From a bacterium (GTDB lineage Bacteria > Patescibacteriota > Patescibacteriia > JAHIZJ01), in assembly GCA_030699685.1 (NCBI GenBank), contig JAUYLJ010000068.1, positions 8,947-72,946 of the forward strand: a stretch of DNA of 64,000 nucleotides. Reading direction: 5' to 3'. The notes beneath the pieces were generated by a model. The model saw only the letters and a list, made by a program, of their open reading frames with translations, was not told the origin of the DNA and did no database searches. Each line of letters starts with the position of its first letter. The stretch's first letter is position 1. The translations under genes were made by a program, and so were the position numbers. This document shows, one piece after another, positions 46,870-56,813 of the stretch.

Positions 46870-47343
46870 ATGATGGCTGACAAAACCGAATACATCACTG
46901 CTGAAGGTTTGCAAAAGCTGAAAAAAGAGCTTGATGAACTGAAAAATGTGAAAAGGAAGGAAATTGCTGACAGAATCCAGGAGGCAAAGGAGTTAGGGGA
47001 TTTATCAGAAAATGCCGAATATGCTGACGCGAAAAATGAGCAATCCTTCATTGAGGGACGAATTATCCAACTCGAGAATTTGCTCAAGAATGTCACGATC
47101 ATTTCTGACACCAAGAAGAAAAAATCAGAGGTGGTTCAGGTAGGATCCAAAATTGAGCTGAGCACCAACGGCAACACCCTCAAGTATACGATCGTCGGAT
47201 CAAATGAAGCCGAACCAGAGAAAGGGCTAATATCTAACGAGTCTCCTTTGGGGCAAGCGTTCCTAGGCCGAGGAGTCGGTGAGATGGTGCAAATATCAGT
47301 GCCGGCCGGAACGGTTGAGTACAAAATTCTCCATATAGAGTAG
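46870..47343 (+). CDS. greA: Transcription elongation factor GreA
   Basis: GDLSENAEY, ISNESPLG. Confidence 0.97.
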   Translation: MMADKTEYITAEGLQKLKKELDELKNVKRKEIADRIQEAKELGDLSENAEYADAKNEQSFIEGRIIQLENLLKNVTIISDTKKKKSEVVQVGSKIELSTNGNTLKYTIVGSNEAEPEKGLISNESPLGQAFLGRGVGEMVQISVPAGTVEYKILHIE

Positions 47344-47441
47344 CCGTTGACTGGCAGCTGCACCCTTTTTAGCGAAGGCGGCTGACTTGTGATTCCTTAG
47401 TAAAAAGGCTATACTTTGCTTGTAATCGCTTACGAATTTTC

Positions 47442-48908
47442 ATGGGTCGCGAAGACGAAACCCGGGATATCCGGATACAAAAATTAAAGAACCTGGAAGC
47501 CGAAGGGGTTTTAGCATATCCTGGTTCCACCAAAAGGACTCACACCATCAAAGAAGTTCAAGACGAATTCGAAGAGCTTGAGCGATCCAAAAGCATCGTC
47601 ACGCTGACCGGTAGAATACGCTCCATCAGACGTCACGGCGGATCGTGCTTCGTCGACCTTCAAGATGGCACGGCTTCATTTCAGCTCTTTGTCAGCAAGA
47701 AGGAGCTTGATGAAACGAAGTACAAGTTATTTGTCGATACCATAGATCCGGGGGACTTCATCGAAGCAAGCGGAGTGCTTTTTGTTACCAAGCAAAACCA
47801 GCAGTCGCTTCAAACCGGTGAGATCAACCTGTTATCAAAGGCACTGAGAGATTTGCCGTCGGATCACTTTGGTATTAAAAATATTGAAACACGCCTACGA
47901 AAACGCTACATCGATTTGGCTGTAAATGAAGAAACTCGGGAACTTTTTCGAAAAAAAGCCGTTTTTTGGCAAACCATTCGCAATATAATGCTCGAAGCCG
48001 GTTTTTTGGAAGTCTGGACGCCGGTATTGGAAAATATTCCGGGAGGCGCTGAAGCCGAGCCATTCATCACCCACTATAAGGCTCTGGACCGCGAATTCTA
48101 CTTGCGTATTTCTTTGGAGCTTCCTCTGAAAAAGCTGCTCGTCGGCGGCTATGAAAAGGTATTCGAAATAGGCAGGATATTCAGAAACGAGGGCATTTCG
48201 GCCGAGCACCTGCAAGATTATACTCAACTGGAATTCTACTGGGCCTATGCCGACTATCACGACCTGATGAAGTTCTTGGTCACATTGTATCGCCAGACTA
48301 TCATCGCCGTAACCGGAGGTACAGAGGTCAGCTCAGGCGGTCAGACTGTTGATTGGGGCAACAAATGGAAAGAATATGACTACGTTGAGCTGTTTCAAGA
48401 ACGCACAGGTCTTGATTTGCGCCAGGCTACGGAGAAGGACCTGCAAAAAAAGGCTAGTGAGCTGAAGCTGAAATTTGAATCTTTTACCGGCCGGGGAAGG
48501 TTGATTGATTTACTATATAAAAAAACCGTTCGCCCAACCCTGATTGAACCGGGGTTCCTGCTCAATCCACCGGTGGAAATAGAGCCCTTAGCCAAACGCC
48601 TGCCTCAGGATAACTCCAGGGTGCAGCGGCTCCAGGTAGTAGCCTGGGGAACCGAGCTTGGCAAAGGATTCACGGAGTTGAACGACCCGTTGGACCAACG
48701 AGCACGGTTCGAGGAGCAAATGCGATTGCGCGAAGCCGGCGATACGGAAGCGCAAATGATTGATGAAGATTATCTTGAAGCTCAGGAGTATGGCATGCCT
48801 CCGTGTACCGGCTTTGGACTTTCCGAACGGCTGTTTGCCGTACTGATGGACAAGCCGGCCAGAGAAACAGTGATGTTTCCGCCGCTGAGAGAGGAGGGAG
48901 GTAAATAA
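47442..48908 (+). CDS. lysS: Lysyl-tRNA synthetase class II
   Basis: GGAEAEPFITH, YLRISLEL, FRNEGI, YGMPP. Confidence 0.97.
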   Translation: MGREDETRDIRIQKLKNLEAEGVLAYPGSTKRTHTIKEVQDEFEELERSKSIVTLTGRIRSIRRHGGSCFVDLQDGTASFQLFVSKKELDETKYKLFVDTIDPGDFIEASGVLFVTKQNQQSLQTGEINLLSKALRDLPSDHFGIKNIETRLRKRYIDLAVNEETRELFRKKAVFWQTIRNIMLEAGFLEVWTPVLENIPGGAEAEPFITHYKALDREFYLRISLELPLKKLLVGGYEKVFEIGRIFRNEGISAEHLQDYTQLEFYWAYADYHDLMKFLVTLYRQTIIAVTGGTEVSSGGQTVDWGNKWKEYDYVELFQERTGLDLRQATEKDLQKKASELKLKFESFTGRGRLIDLLYKKTVRPTLIEPGFLLNPPVEIEPLAKRLPQDNSRVQRLQVVAWGTELGKGFTELNDPLDQRARFEEQMRLREAGDTEAQMIDEDYLEAQEYGMPPCTGFGLSERLFAVLMDKPARETVMFPPLREEGGK

Positions 48909-50201
48909 ATGCTGGACATTCAGTACATTCGCCAAGAGCCTGAAAAGACCTCGCAAGCTTTTGTGAAGCGGGGCTGTAAAATATCCGTCAATGATATTTT
49001 AAAATCAGACGAGGAATACCGAAAAGCCAGAACTCAATCGGAGAAAATCAGAGCCGACTTAAACGAATCGTCAAAAAGCATTTCCAAGGTCCCGGCCTCA
49101 GAAAGACCACAAGCTATTTCACGGGCCCAGAAACTAAAAGAGCAGCTGAAGCAAAGCGAACAGCATCTTGAGCTGACAGAAGCGAAGTTCAAGAATCTGA
49201 TGTACAAGCTGCCCAATTTGCCATTTGAAGATGTGCCGGTCGGTAAAGATGAAAAGGCAAACAAAGTCCTGCGGAAAGTTGGTAAAAAACCGGCCTTTAG
49301 TTTTCAAGCCAGGGACTACCTGACCCTGTCGGAAAAAAACGACTGGGTGGATATGTCTCGGGGAGCGCGAACATCCGGCAGTCGCTTTGGGTATATTAAG
49401 GGTGACTTGGTCAAGCTGCAATTCGCTTTGGTTCATCTCGTGCTGGACAGGCTAACCGACGAAAACTGGCTGACTGAAGTAGCGGAGAAAGCAAAGATTG
49501 AAGTGCCGGCCAAAGTGTTTATTCCCGTCGTCCCGCCGGTGATGATAACGCACGAAGCGTTTCGGGCGATGGGCAAACTCGACCCCGGTGAGGAGGAAGA
49601 GCGCTACTATATTCCGAAAGACAAGCTTTTTTTAGTAGGCAGCGCCGAACACTCGATCGGGCCACTCCACATGAATGAAACCTTGGACGCCGAAGAGCTG
49701 CCCACGCGTTATATTGCCTATTCTAGCTGCTTTAGACGCGAGTCTGGGAGTTACGGTCGGGATACAAAAGGAATTTTGCGGGTACATCAATTTGATAAGC
49801 TTGAAATGTTCAGTTTCACTCATCCGGAAAAGTCACGTTTGGAGCATCAATTTTTTCTGGCAATTCAGGAGGCGCTAGTCCAGGAACTGAACCTCCCATA
49901 CCGCGTAATTCATATCTCGACCGGTGATATGGTAAAAACCGACGCTGAACAATTTGACATCGAGATGTGGCTTCCTGGCCAGAATAACGGCAAAGGAGAG
50001 TACCGTGAAACACACTCTACATCAAATTCCACGGATTTTCAGGCCCGCCGCTTGAACGCTAAATTCAGAGCGGGGACAAATAAAGAGTTTTTGCATACTG
50101 TCAATGGAACCGCTTTCGCCATCCCGCGAACCTTGATCGCTATTATTGAAAACTTTCAAAAAAAAGACGGCGGTTTCAAGGTCCCTAAAGCGCTACAGTA
50201 A
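48909..50201 (+). CDS. serS: Seryl-tRNA synthetase
   Basis: MLDIQYIR, CFRRESGSYGRDTKGILRVHQF, DFQARRL. Confidence 0.97.
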   Translation: MLDIQYIRQEPEKTSQAFVKRGCKISVNDILKSDEEYRKARTQSEKIRADLNESSKSISKVPASERPQAISRAQKLKEQLKQSEQHLELTEAKFKNLMYKLPNLPFEDVPVGKDEKANKVLRKVGKKPAFSFQARDYLTLSEKNDWVDMSRGARTSGSRFGYIKGDLVKLQFALVHLVLDRLTDENWLTEVAEKAKIEVPAKVFIPVVPPVMITHEAFRAMGKLDPGEEEERYYIPKDKLFLVGSAEHSIGPLHMNETLDAEELPTRYIAYSSCFRRESGSYGRDTKGILRVHQFDKLEMFSFTHPEKSRLEHQFFLAIQEALVQELNLPYRVIHISTGDMVKTDAEQFDIEMWLPGQNNGKGEYRETHSTSNSTDFQARRLNAKFRAGTNKEFLHTVNGTAFAIPRTLIAIIENFQKKDGGFKVPKALQ

Positions 50202-50235
50202 TCAAAGCAAATTAATCATAAGCATTTTAGAAAAC

Positions 50236-50517
50236 ATGGATACAATTGGCGTCAGCCAGCAATCAGAGAAAAGCGACCATTGGGTGTTTGAGGTAACAGT
50301 TTCTAATGGAACCACCACGGCTCACACTGTCATACTCGATAAAACGTTTTACAGCGAGCTCACTGAGGAAAACATTACACCTGAAGAGCTTATGAAAAAA
50401 AGTTTTGAGTTTCTTCTGAGACGTGAGCCGAGAGAGAGCATCATGAAGGAATTCAAGCTCGAAACCATCACCAAACATTTTCCGGAATTCGAAATTGAAA
50501 TACGCGGGAGCCAATAG
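50236..50517 (+). CDS. Conserved hypothetical protein
   Basis: Co-oriented ORF filling the serS-alr gap; SFEFLLRREP...FPEFE. Confidence 0.7.
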   Translation: MDTIGVSQQSEKSDHWVFEVTVSNGTTTAHTVILDKTFYSELTEENITPEELMKKSFEFLLRREPRESIMKEFKLETITKHFPEFEIEIRGSQ

Positions 50518-50532
50518 GCGCAATCAGTGAGA

Positions 50533-51687
50533 ATGCGAAATCGCCAACCACATCGCCTGCCACAACTCACCTGGATTGAGATAAGCCAATCCGCTCTTGA
50601 ACATAATTTGAAAAATTTCAGAAAGTTGGCAGGACGCTCACCGCTGTTGATGCCAGTAGTGAAGGGTAACGCCTACGGGCACGGGCTGGCTGCCATTGCC
50701 CAAATCGTGCAAAAGCAGGCCGACTGGCTGGCCGTGGTCAATGTAGGCGAGGCGCTGGCACTGCGCCAGGCTGGAGTTCGCAAGAAGCTGATGGTGTTGG
50801 GTTTTTTTGACCCGAACCAGATATCGCTAGCTGTCGGCAAAAACATAGTTTTGCCCGTCTATACGTTAACCATGGCGAAGCAAATATCCGCCGCCGCTCA
50901 GGCAAAAAGAAAAACATTTCCCGTTCACGTCAAACTGGACGTTGGCACGTCGCGGCTCGGCCTTCGACCGGAAAAGACCTTGGCATTCTTACGACAGATA
51001 AAAAAGCTTCCAGGATTGCGCATAGAGGGCGCGTATTCTCATCTGGCTGATTCCGAGAATTTTGATCAAAAATATACTAAGCTTCAGGTTGAAATTTTTA
51101 CGAAAACGCTGGAGCTCTTTGAAGAGGTAAACATCAAATTGCGCTATCGGCATCTGGCCTGTTCCGCGGCCACACTGATCAATTCACAAACGCGATTTGA
51201 TATTCTCCGAATCGGCATTGGTCTCTACGGCCTCTGGCCCTCGATTGAGACGAAGAAACTGTATGAGAAAAAATTCAACCATTTCACGCTTCAACCGGTT
51301 CTCTCCTGGCACACTAGGGTGATTCAAATAAAACAGGTTCCCAAAAATACGTTTATCGGCTACGGCTGTTCCTACCGCGCCAGACGGGATACCCGTATCG
51401 CCGTCATACCCGTGGGGTACTGGGACGGATACGATCGCGGACTGTCAAATCGCGGCGAAGTCCTGATCCGTGGAAAAAGGCGCCCGGTATTGGGCCGGGT
51501 GTGCATGAATATGCTTATGTTGGACGTAACTGACCGGCCAAATGTCAGAGTAGGGGATATTGCCACTTTGATCGGCCAACAGGGTAAAGAAAGCATAAGC
51601 GCTGAAGAACTGGCGGAAAAGGCCCAGACGATTCACTATGAAATCGTAACTAGAATTCAGCCTGAGTTACCCCGTATTATCGTGTAG
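50533..51687 (+). CDS. alr: Alanine racemase
   Basis: VVKGNAYGHG, RIGIGLYG, GYWDG, GRVCMN. Confidence 0.96.
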   Translation: MRNRQPHRLPQLTWIEISQSALEHNLKNFRKLAGRSPLLMPVVKGNAYGHGLAAIAQIVQKQADWLAVVNVGEALALRQAGVRKKLMVLGFFDPNQISLAVGKNIVLPVYTLTMAKQISAAAQAKRKTFPVHVKLDVGTSRLGLRPEKTLAFLRQIKKLPGLRIEGAYSHLADSENFDQKYTKLQVEIFTKTLELFEEVNIKLRYRHLACSAATLINSQTRFDILRIGIGLYGLWPSIETKKLYEKKFNHFTLQPVLSWHTRVIQIKQVPKNTFIGYGCSYRARRDTRIAVIPVGYWDGYDRGLSNRGEVLIRGKRRPVLGRVCMNMLMLDVTDRPNVRVGDIATLIGQQGKESISAEELAEKAQTIHYEIVTRIQPELPRIIV

Positions 51688-51692
51688 TCTCC

Positions 51693-52772
51693 ATGAAAAC
51701 ATTACCAAACAGAAAAATTACCGTCGCGCTTCTGTTTGGCGGACGGTCCGGTGAACACGAAGTATCGATCGATTCCGCCGAATCAATCCTTGCTGCTTTG
51801 AATCCCCGCAAGTACGAAGTACTGCAAATCGGCATAACGAAAGAAGGGGAATGGCTGGCCGGACCTGATATGGTGGCGTATCTAAGAAGCGGTCGAGGGA
51901 AAGCGAAAAGTGTTTCGCTGCAGCCGGAGCCGCGCGGCCAAAAAAAACGATGGCAAGACCAGGTTGACGTTGTTTTCCCGATACTCCACGGCAGTTTTGG
52001 CGAGGACGGAAAAATCCAAGGGCTTCTAGAGCTGGCTGGCTTGTCCTACGTTGGAAGTGACACCCTGTCTTCGGCGGCCGGGATGGACAAGGAAATCATG
52101 CGGAGAGTGTTTCAGGCGCACAAGCTCCCGGTCCCGCTCTATGAAGCGGTACTGAAAAAAGAATGGAAGGGCAAAAATTCCAGTATTTTGCGACACATAA
52201 AAAAATCGTTACAGTTTCCTGTTTTTACCAAACCGGCGAACCTTGGTTCAAGCGTCGGGATACGGAAGTGTGCGAATGTTTCACAATTGGCCCAAGGCCT
52301 CCAAACAGCTTTCCGATACGACACGAAGGCAATAGTAGACCAAGGGATTCTTGGAAGAGAGTTAAATTGCGCGATTCTGGGGAATGAAGACGCCCGGGCG
52401 TCCGAAGTATGTGAGGTGAAGACAAAAAGAGAGTTTTATGATTATGACGCCAAGTATACTGATGATGACACGGAGATAATCATCCCCGCGCGCGTATCAA
52501 AGACAGTCCGTGCTGAGGTCCAGAAACTTTCTCTAAGCGCCTTTCACGCCTTACGCTGTTCTGGCCTGGCCAGAGTTGAATTCTTCCTGGAGAAAAAAAC
52601 CGGTAAAATCCTTTTAAACGAAATTAACACGTTGCCCGGATTTACCAGCCACAGCATGTATCCGCGTCTATGGAATTTTTCCGGAGTTTCGTTTGGCCAG
52701 CTATGCGACGAGCTTATCGGATACGCCATTAAGCATCAGGCCGAAAGAAAGTCATTGAAATTCACTTACTGA
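51693..52772 (+). CDS. ddl: D-alanine--D-alanine ligase
   Basis: GGRSGEHEVS, LHGSFGEDG, GSSVG, YDYDAKY, NEINTLPGFT. Confidence 0.97.
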   Translation: MKTLPNRKITVALLFGGRSGEHEVSIDSAESILAALNPRKYEVLQIGITKEGEWLAGPDMVAYLRSGRGKAKSVSLQPEPRGQKKRWQDQVDVVFPILHGSFGEDGKIQGLLELAGLSYVGSDTLSSAAGMDKEIMRRVFQAHKLPVPLYEAVLKKEWKGKNSSILRHIKKSLQFPVFTKPANLGSSVGIRKCANVSQLAQGLQTAFRYDTKAIVDQGILGRELNCAILGNEDARASEVCEVKTKREFYDYDAKYTDDDTEIIIPARVSKTVRAEVQKLSLSAFHALRCSGLARVEFFLEKKTGKILLNEINTLPGFTSHSMYPRLWNFSGVSFGQLCDELIGYAIKHQAERKSLKFTY

Positions 52773-52773
52773 G

Positions 52774-53886
52774 ATGTCATATCAGGCTTCACAACCACGC
52801 CGTTTCGTAACCCGCAACCTGGAATATCATAATCCCTACTTTCAACGCGAATCGCCGGAGCAAAAAAACCATCGTCACAAGCGCCTCCGCTATTGGATTG
52901 TAGCCGTGGTGATAATAGCCGTAGCGTATATCGTCGTGTATTCCAGTATTTTTCGCGTCTCAGAACTGGACGTCACCGGACCCAATACCGCGCACAGCGG
53001 TTTGCTGCAGCAAGAGGCGGATGAGTATTTGTCATCGCGTATCTGGGGGGTATTGCCTCAGGATAACAGTTTGTGGCTGTCGGCGGATGTCATGGAGTCG
53101 GCGTTGATCGAGGCCGCTGCCGATACCGTTGCCCTTGAAAGTCTAGTGGTAGTAAAAGATTTTCCAAAAAAAATAACCGTAGAGTATATAGAACGCACCG
53201 CGAAAATTATTGTCATGAACGAGGAGCGATTGTTCTCCGTTGACTCCCAGGGCGTGGTTATCAGTGAATACGCTCCGCCTGTGTTTGTCAACAATGACGA
53301 AAACGTACCAGCACCCGATGGAGCCAGCACAGACACTCAGCAAGACAACACAGAGCCTGAGTATCCTGTACTCGTGGCCGATATTGAAGAAGTTTTGATT
53401 GCCCATCAAGTGGTGCCGCCCGCTTTGGTTCAGGCGATTATTGATCTTGAAGACCGTTTCCCCTCGCGCTTTTCTGAATTTTCCATAGATCAATACAGTA
53501 CGATTGACCGGCCTTGCGAGGAATTTGTACTTGAGGACGAGACTGTCGATGAAGAAAATAACGAAAACAATTCTCTCAACAGTAACTCAGAAACAACCAA
53601 CGCGAACGTAAACACCAATCTCAATATTAATACCAACTCCACCAAGAATATAAACTCAGCCAATACCAACACCCAGGAAAGAATTGTCGTTCCTTGTCCG
53701 GAGCCAATACTGAACGAGTTTGCCTTGCGACTCAAGGAGGGGCCGGAAATATACTTTTCTACTGATGCGGCTATAGAAATACAGCTTAACAGCCTCTACC
53801 TCACCATCAACGAAACCATAAAAAACGGCCTTTCTGGGCTTGAATATATCGACTTACGATATCTGAACCGCGTCTACTACAAATAG
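52774..53886 (+). CDS. ftsQ: FtsQ/DivIB-like protein with Asn-rich insertion
   Basis: Single TM, POTRA-like KDFPKKITVEYIER, C-terminal YIDLRY..RVYYK; follows ddl. Confidence 0.75.
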   Translation: MSYQASQPRRFVTRNLEYHNPYFQRESPEQKNHRHKRLRYWIVAVVIIAVAYIVVYSSIFRVSELDVTGPNTAHSGLLQQEADEYLSSRIWGVLPQDNSLWLSADVMESALIEAAADTVALESLVVVKDFPKKITVEYIERTAKIIVMNEERLFSVDSQGVVISEYAPPVFVNNDENVPAPDGASTDTQQDNTEPEYPVLVADIEEVLIAHQVVPPALVQAIIDLEDRFPSRFSEFSIDQYSTIDRPCEEFVLEDETVDEENNENNSLNSNSETTNANVNTNLNINTNSTKNINSANTNTQERIVVPCPEPILNEFALRLKEGPEIYFSTDAAIEIQLNSLYLTINETIKNGLSGLEYIDLRYLNRVYYK

Positions 53887-54331
53887 GGCAGGGAGGCTTG
53901 TTTTTAGGCCGTATTATCTCTTTTTTGCTAACATTAGCTATAATATGCTATAACTGTACATTTTGTTTGTCACACTTGGATGGAGCACCTCAGGATACGG
54001 CAAACGGTTGTTTAATGAGCTACAAAATGTATAAACTCATTTCTGGCGCCTGTATGGCGCTGGGATAACTCAACGATGTTCTCGACAAGCTCGAATGATA
54101 TTCTTTTTTAATATCCTTCGAGCTACCCTATACCACTCGCGCGCGTACACGTTCGGGTACGGGGGAAGCTCGATATTTTGTACACCCAAGCCTTGGTCGG
54201 GCCGTAATGCCTCAAAGCTAAAAAAGACTATAGCGTCTCAAATTGTATATTGTGCGACACAACTATACTTCTCCCCCCGCTCGAATTGCCTTATAATATA
54301 GTTAGGCTTCTAAATCAATTAAAGTACGCGT

Positions 54332-54577
54332 ATGAATGAACAAACAGGGGAAAAACCAAGCCACGCCGAGCTTGAACATGAGAACATGCTGAAGCGGCTT
54401 GAGCATGAAAGCAAAGCAATGCTTGAGTTTGAAATGAGCTTTGGGGAAAAAGTCAGAGGCACGGTCAGTCAGTGGGTTGAGGGTAAAGGCGTTCACGTCA
54501 GGACTGAGGGCGGCAATACGAGACTTCTCAGTTTTGAAAAAATCAAGGACTACGAAGTTGTCCCTGAGGAAGATTAG
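54332..54577 (+). CDS. Small hypothetical protein
   Basis: TATAAT upstream; converges on a hairpin at ~54585-54603. Confidence 0.6.
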   Translation: MNEQTGEKPSHAELEHENMLKRLEHESKAMLEFEMSFGEKVRGTVSQWVEGKGVHVRTEGGNTRLLSFEKIKDYEVVPEED

Positions 54578-54616
54578 ATAAAAAACGGGTAGATTATTGC
54601 CCGCCTATTTTAGTTT

Positions 54617-54844
54617 CTAGTTATCTTTAGGTATTTCCCCTACTCCCGGAACATTTTTTCGGAAAGTCCGAAGGGTGCCTCTTTTTCGGTTAATATCAGA
54701 AAACTTCCAAGCGGATGGTAATCCTCCAATCAAGCGGATTACTTCATGAGCTAATTCGTCTTCGCTCATCTCTTCAACAGGCTTTTCTTTCGATACTGAG
54801 GACTCATCCTCAGGATGTTCCCCAGCTTCACGTCCTTCCATCAA
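54617..54844 (-). CDS. Small hypothetical protein coupled to the M23 gene
   Basis: Start overlaps the upstream TGA stop. Confidence 0.5.
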   Translation of the reverse strand: MMEGREAGEHPEDESSVSKEKPVEEMSEDELAHEVIRLIGGLPSAWKFSDINRKRGTLRTFRKNVPGVGEIPKDN

Positions 54845-56160
54845 GGAAGATAGTTCAACGGATCAACTGGAATGCCATTGAGTCTCACGCCAAAATGAAG
54901 ATGGGGACCCGTTGTCTGCCTACCAGCACCGGGAGTTCCTGGCATACCGCCACTGAGACCTATCACCTGTCCCCTTGCGACGAATTGGTCTTCTTCAACC
55001 TTTACATCGCTCATATGTAAGTATAACGTAGACAAGCCATTAGCATGGATAATCATAATCCACGATAGACCTAATCCAGAGTCTTGGGGAGATATAGCAC
55101 GTGCGACATATCCCGATGCGGCGGCCTTAACTGGCGTTCCTTGTTTCGCACGTATATCAATTGCATCATGTTCACCGGAGGATCTAAAGGGATACGTAGG
55201 GTCGTAAAAATACGCCGTGATTCCTCCGACAGGACTGACAGGCCAGGAAAGCGTTGATGCATCATCAGCCTCAAGCAAATCTCCCCCTTCAAGAGTTTTG
55301 CGGACGGTTTCCTCGATAGTTTGAACCTCGGAGTTGACCGCGTTCTGCTCGACTTGCACGGCGCGTAAAAGATCCTGGTACTGATCTTCGCTTTGCAGAG
55401 TTTCATCAAGCAGACGAGCTTTGTAGATTTGCTGTCCCTCGAGGCTTTGTTTCTCCACTTCCAGCTTCTGGACGGTATTTTGCATATTCGCTTCATTGCT
55501 TTCAAGATCAGTCTGGATCACGCCCAGATCATCTTTGAGCTGTATCACCTCGTCCAGAAACCCTTTCAGTTTGTGCTGAATTTCTTCAACATAATTCACT
55601 TCGTTGAAGAAATTGGAAAAACGGTTTTCTCGCAATAATATTTCAAGAAAGTTCTTGTCCTGATAGGTCTGCAAACGCCGAAGCAGTTCCGCCAAGCGCG
55701 CTTTCTGATCGACTATTTGGTCTTCCCTGTCCTTAATCTTGCTCTTCACTTCGCGAATCTGCAACTCCAGAGTATCGAGTTCAGTTTCAGTGATTTGAAT
55801 TTCCAGCTCCGTCGTGGCTACCTGGTCGTCAATGGATTCTATTTGTTTGCTTAAGGTGATTCCCTCTTGCTGTTTGAGAGAAATGTTTTTCTTCAGAGTA
55901 TCGAAGCGGGTGTTCAGTTCATCGAGCTCCTGCTTCCTTTCTTGAATAAGCAGGTTAAGTTCAAGGATGGTCTGGTCCAACTCTTCGTCGCTTTCCCCTT
56001 CGCTGGCTGTTTCTTCCGCGACACCCTCAGCTTCATTCGGAGTGATATCCTCATCGCCTTCAGCCGCCTGCGTATATTGTATTACGCCAAAAACCCCCAA
56101 GCTTAGAACAGTCGCCAGGAGCAAAGAAATTATTGTTCGGTATTTGTTCTGTCTTGGCAT
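54841..56160 (-). CDS. Coiled-coil M23 peptidase (EnvC/MepM-like)
   Basis: Signal/TM, long coiled coil, HDAID, YLH, TGPHLHF. Confidence 0.9.
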   Translation of the reverse strand: MPRQNKYRTIISLLLATVLSLGVFGVIQYTQAAEGDEDITPNEAEGVAEETASEGESDEELDQTILELNLLIQERKQELDELNTRFDTLKKNISLKQQEGITLSKQIESIDDQVATTELEIQITETELDTLELQIREVKSKIKDREDQIVDQKARLAELLRRLQTYQDKNFLEILLRENRFSNFFNEVNYVEEIQHKLKGFLDEVIQLKDDLGVIQTDLESNEANMQNTVQKLEVEKQSLEGQQIYKARLLDETLQSEDQYQDLLRAVQVEQNAVNSEVQTIEETVRKTLEGGDLLEADDASTLSWPVSPVGGITAYFYDPTYPFRSSGEHDAIDIRAKQGTPVKAAASGYVARAISPQDSGLGLSWIMIIHANGLSTLYLHMSDVKVEEDQFVARGQVIGLSGGMPGTPGAGRQTTGPHLHFGVRLNGIPVDPLNYLP

Positions 56161-56282
56161 TATGGTTTTCTCCACTTTGTATAGTATAGCAGAATTTGAA
56201 AGAAACTTCCAGGACAAACTTGAACAGCAAGCCGCCTTGACGTATTATGTAACAAAGGCCGCAGGGAATCTTACCTGCTTTT

Positions 56283-56807
56283 ATGTTTCATAAAAACTCA
56301 CAAAAACGCTTGTCTCTCGAGAACGCGGTGTATTTTGTGACTACAAAAACTAAGTGGAATTATCCATATCTTGCGAACATATGTTTAGCAAATTTATGCG
56401 AGGCAAAAATATGGCTAGCTCAAGAACAGCTTCATTTTCAGTTGTTCGGGTATGTAATTATTCCTGACCATCTCCATATATTGTTTCGACCTCTCAAAAC
56501 ATCAACTGTATCCGATAGTATGCATTATATTAAACGCAACACGTCCCGAAGTGCGAATATCTTGCTCCATACCTCCGCAGGCGAGGATGATCATCCTCGC
56601 CTGCGGGGCGGAAGTCACAGTCAAACAAAGAAATTCTTTTGGCAATCGTCATTTCATGACCACATCATCCGTGACCAAAAAGACTTCAACCGACACGTTG
56701 AATACCTGCGCTATAACCCGATCAAACACGGGTTGTTGTTAAGTGAAAACAATAAATATCCCTATATGTACATCAACTACGAGCTGATACAAAAACTCTT
56801 TGGATAA
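56283..56807 (+). mobile_element. REP-associated tyrosine transposase (RAYT, Y1 HUH)
   Basis: YFVT, VIIPDHLH (HUH), FWQSSFHDHIIR, YLRYNP. Confidence 0.85.
56575..56606. repeat. Perfect 32-bp palindrome inside the RAYT CDS
   Basis: CCGCAGGCGAGGATGA|TCATCCTCGCCTGCGG. Confidence 0.9.
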
Positions 56808-56813
56808 TTTATC

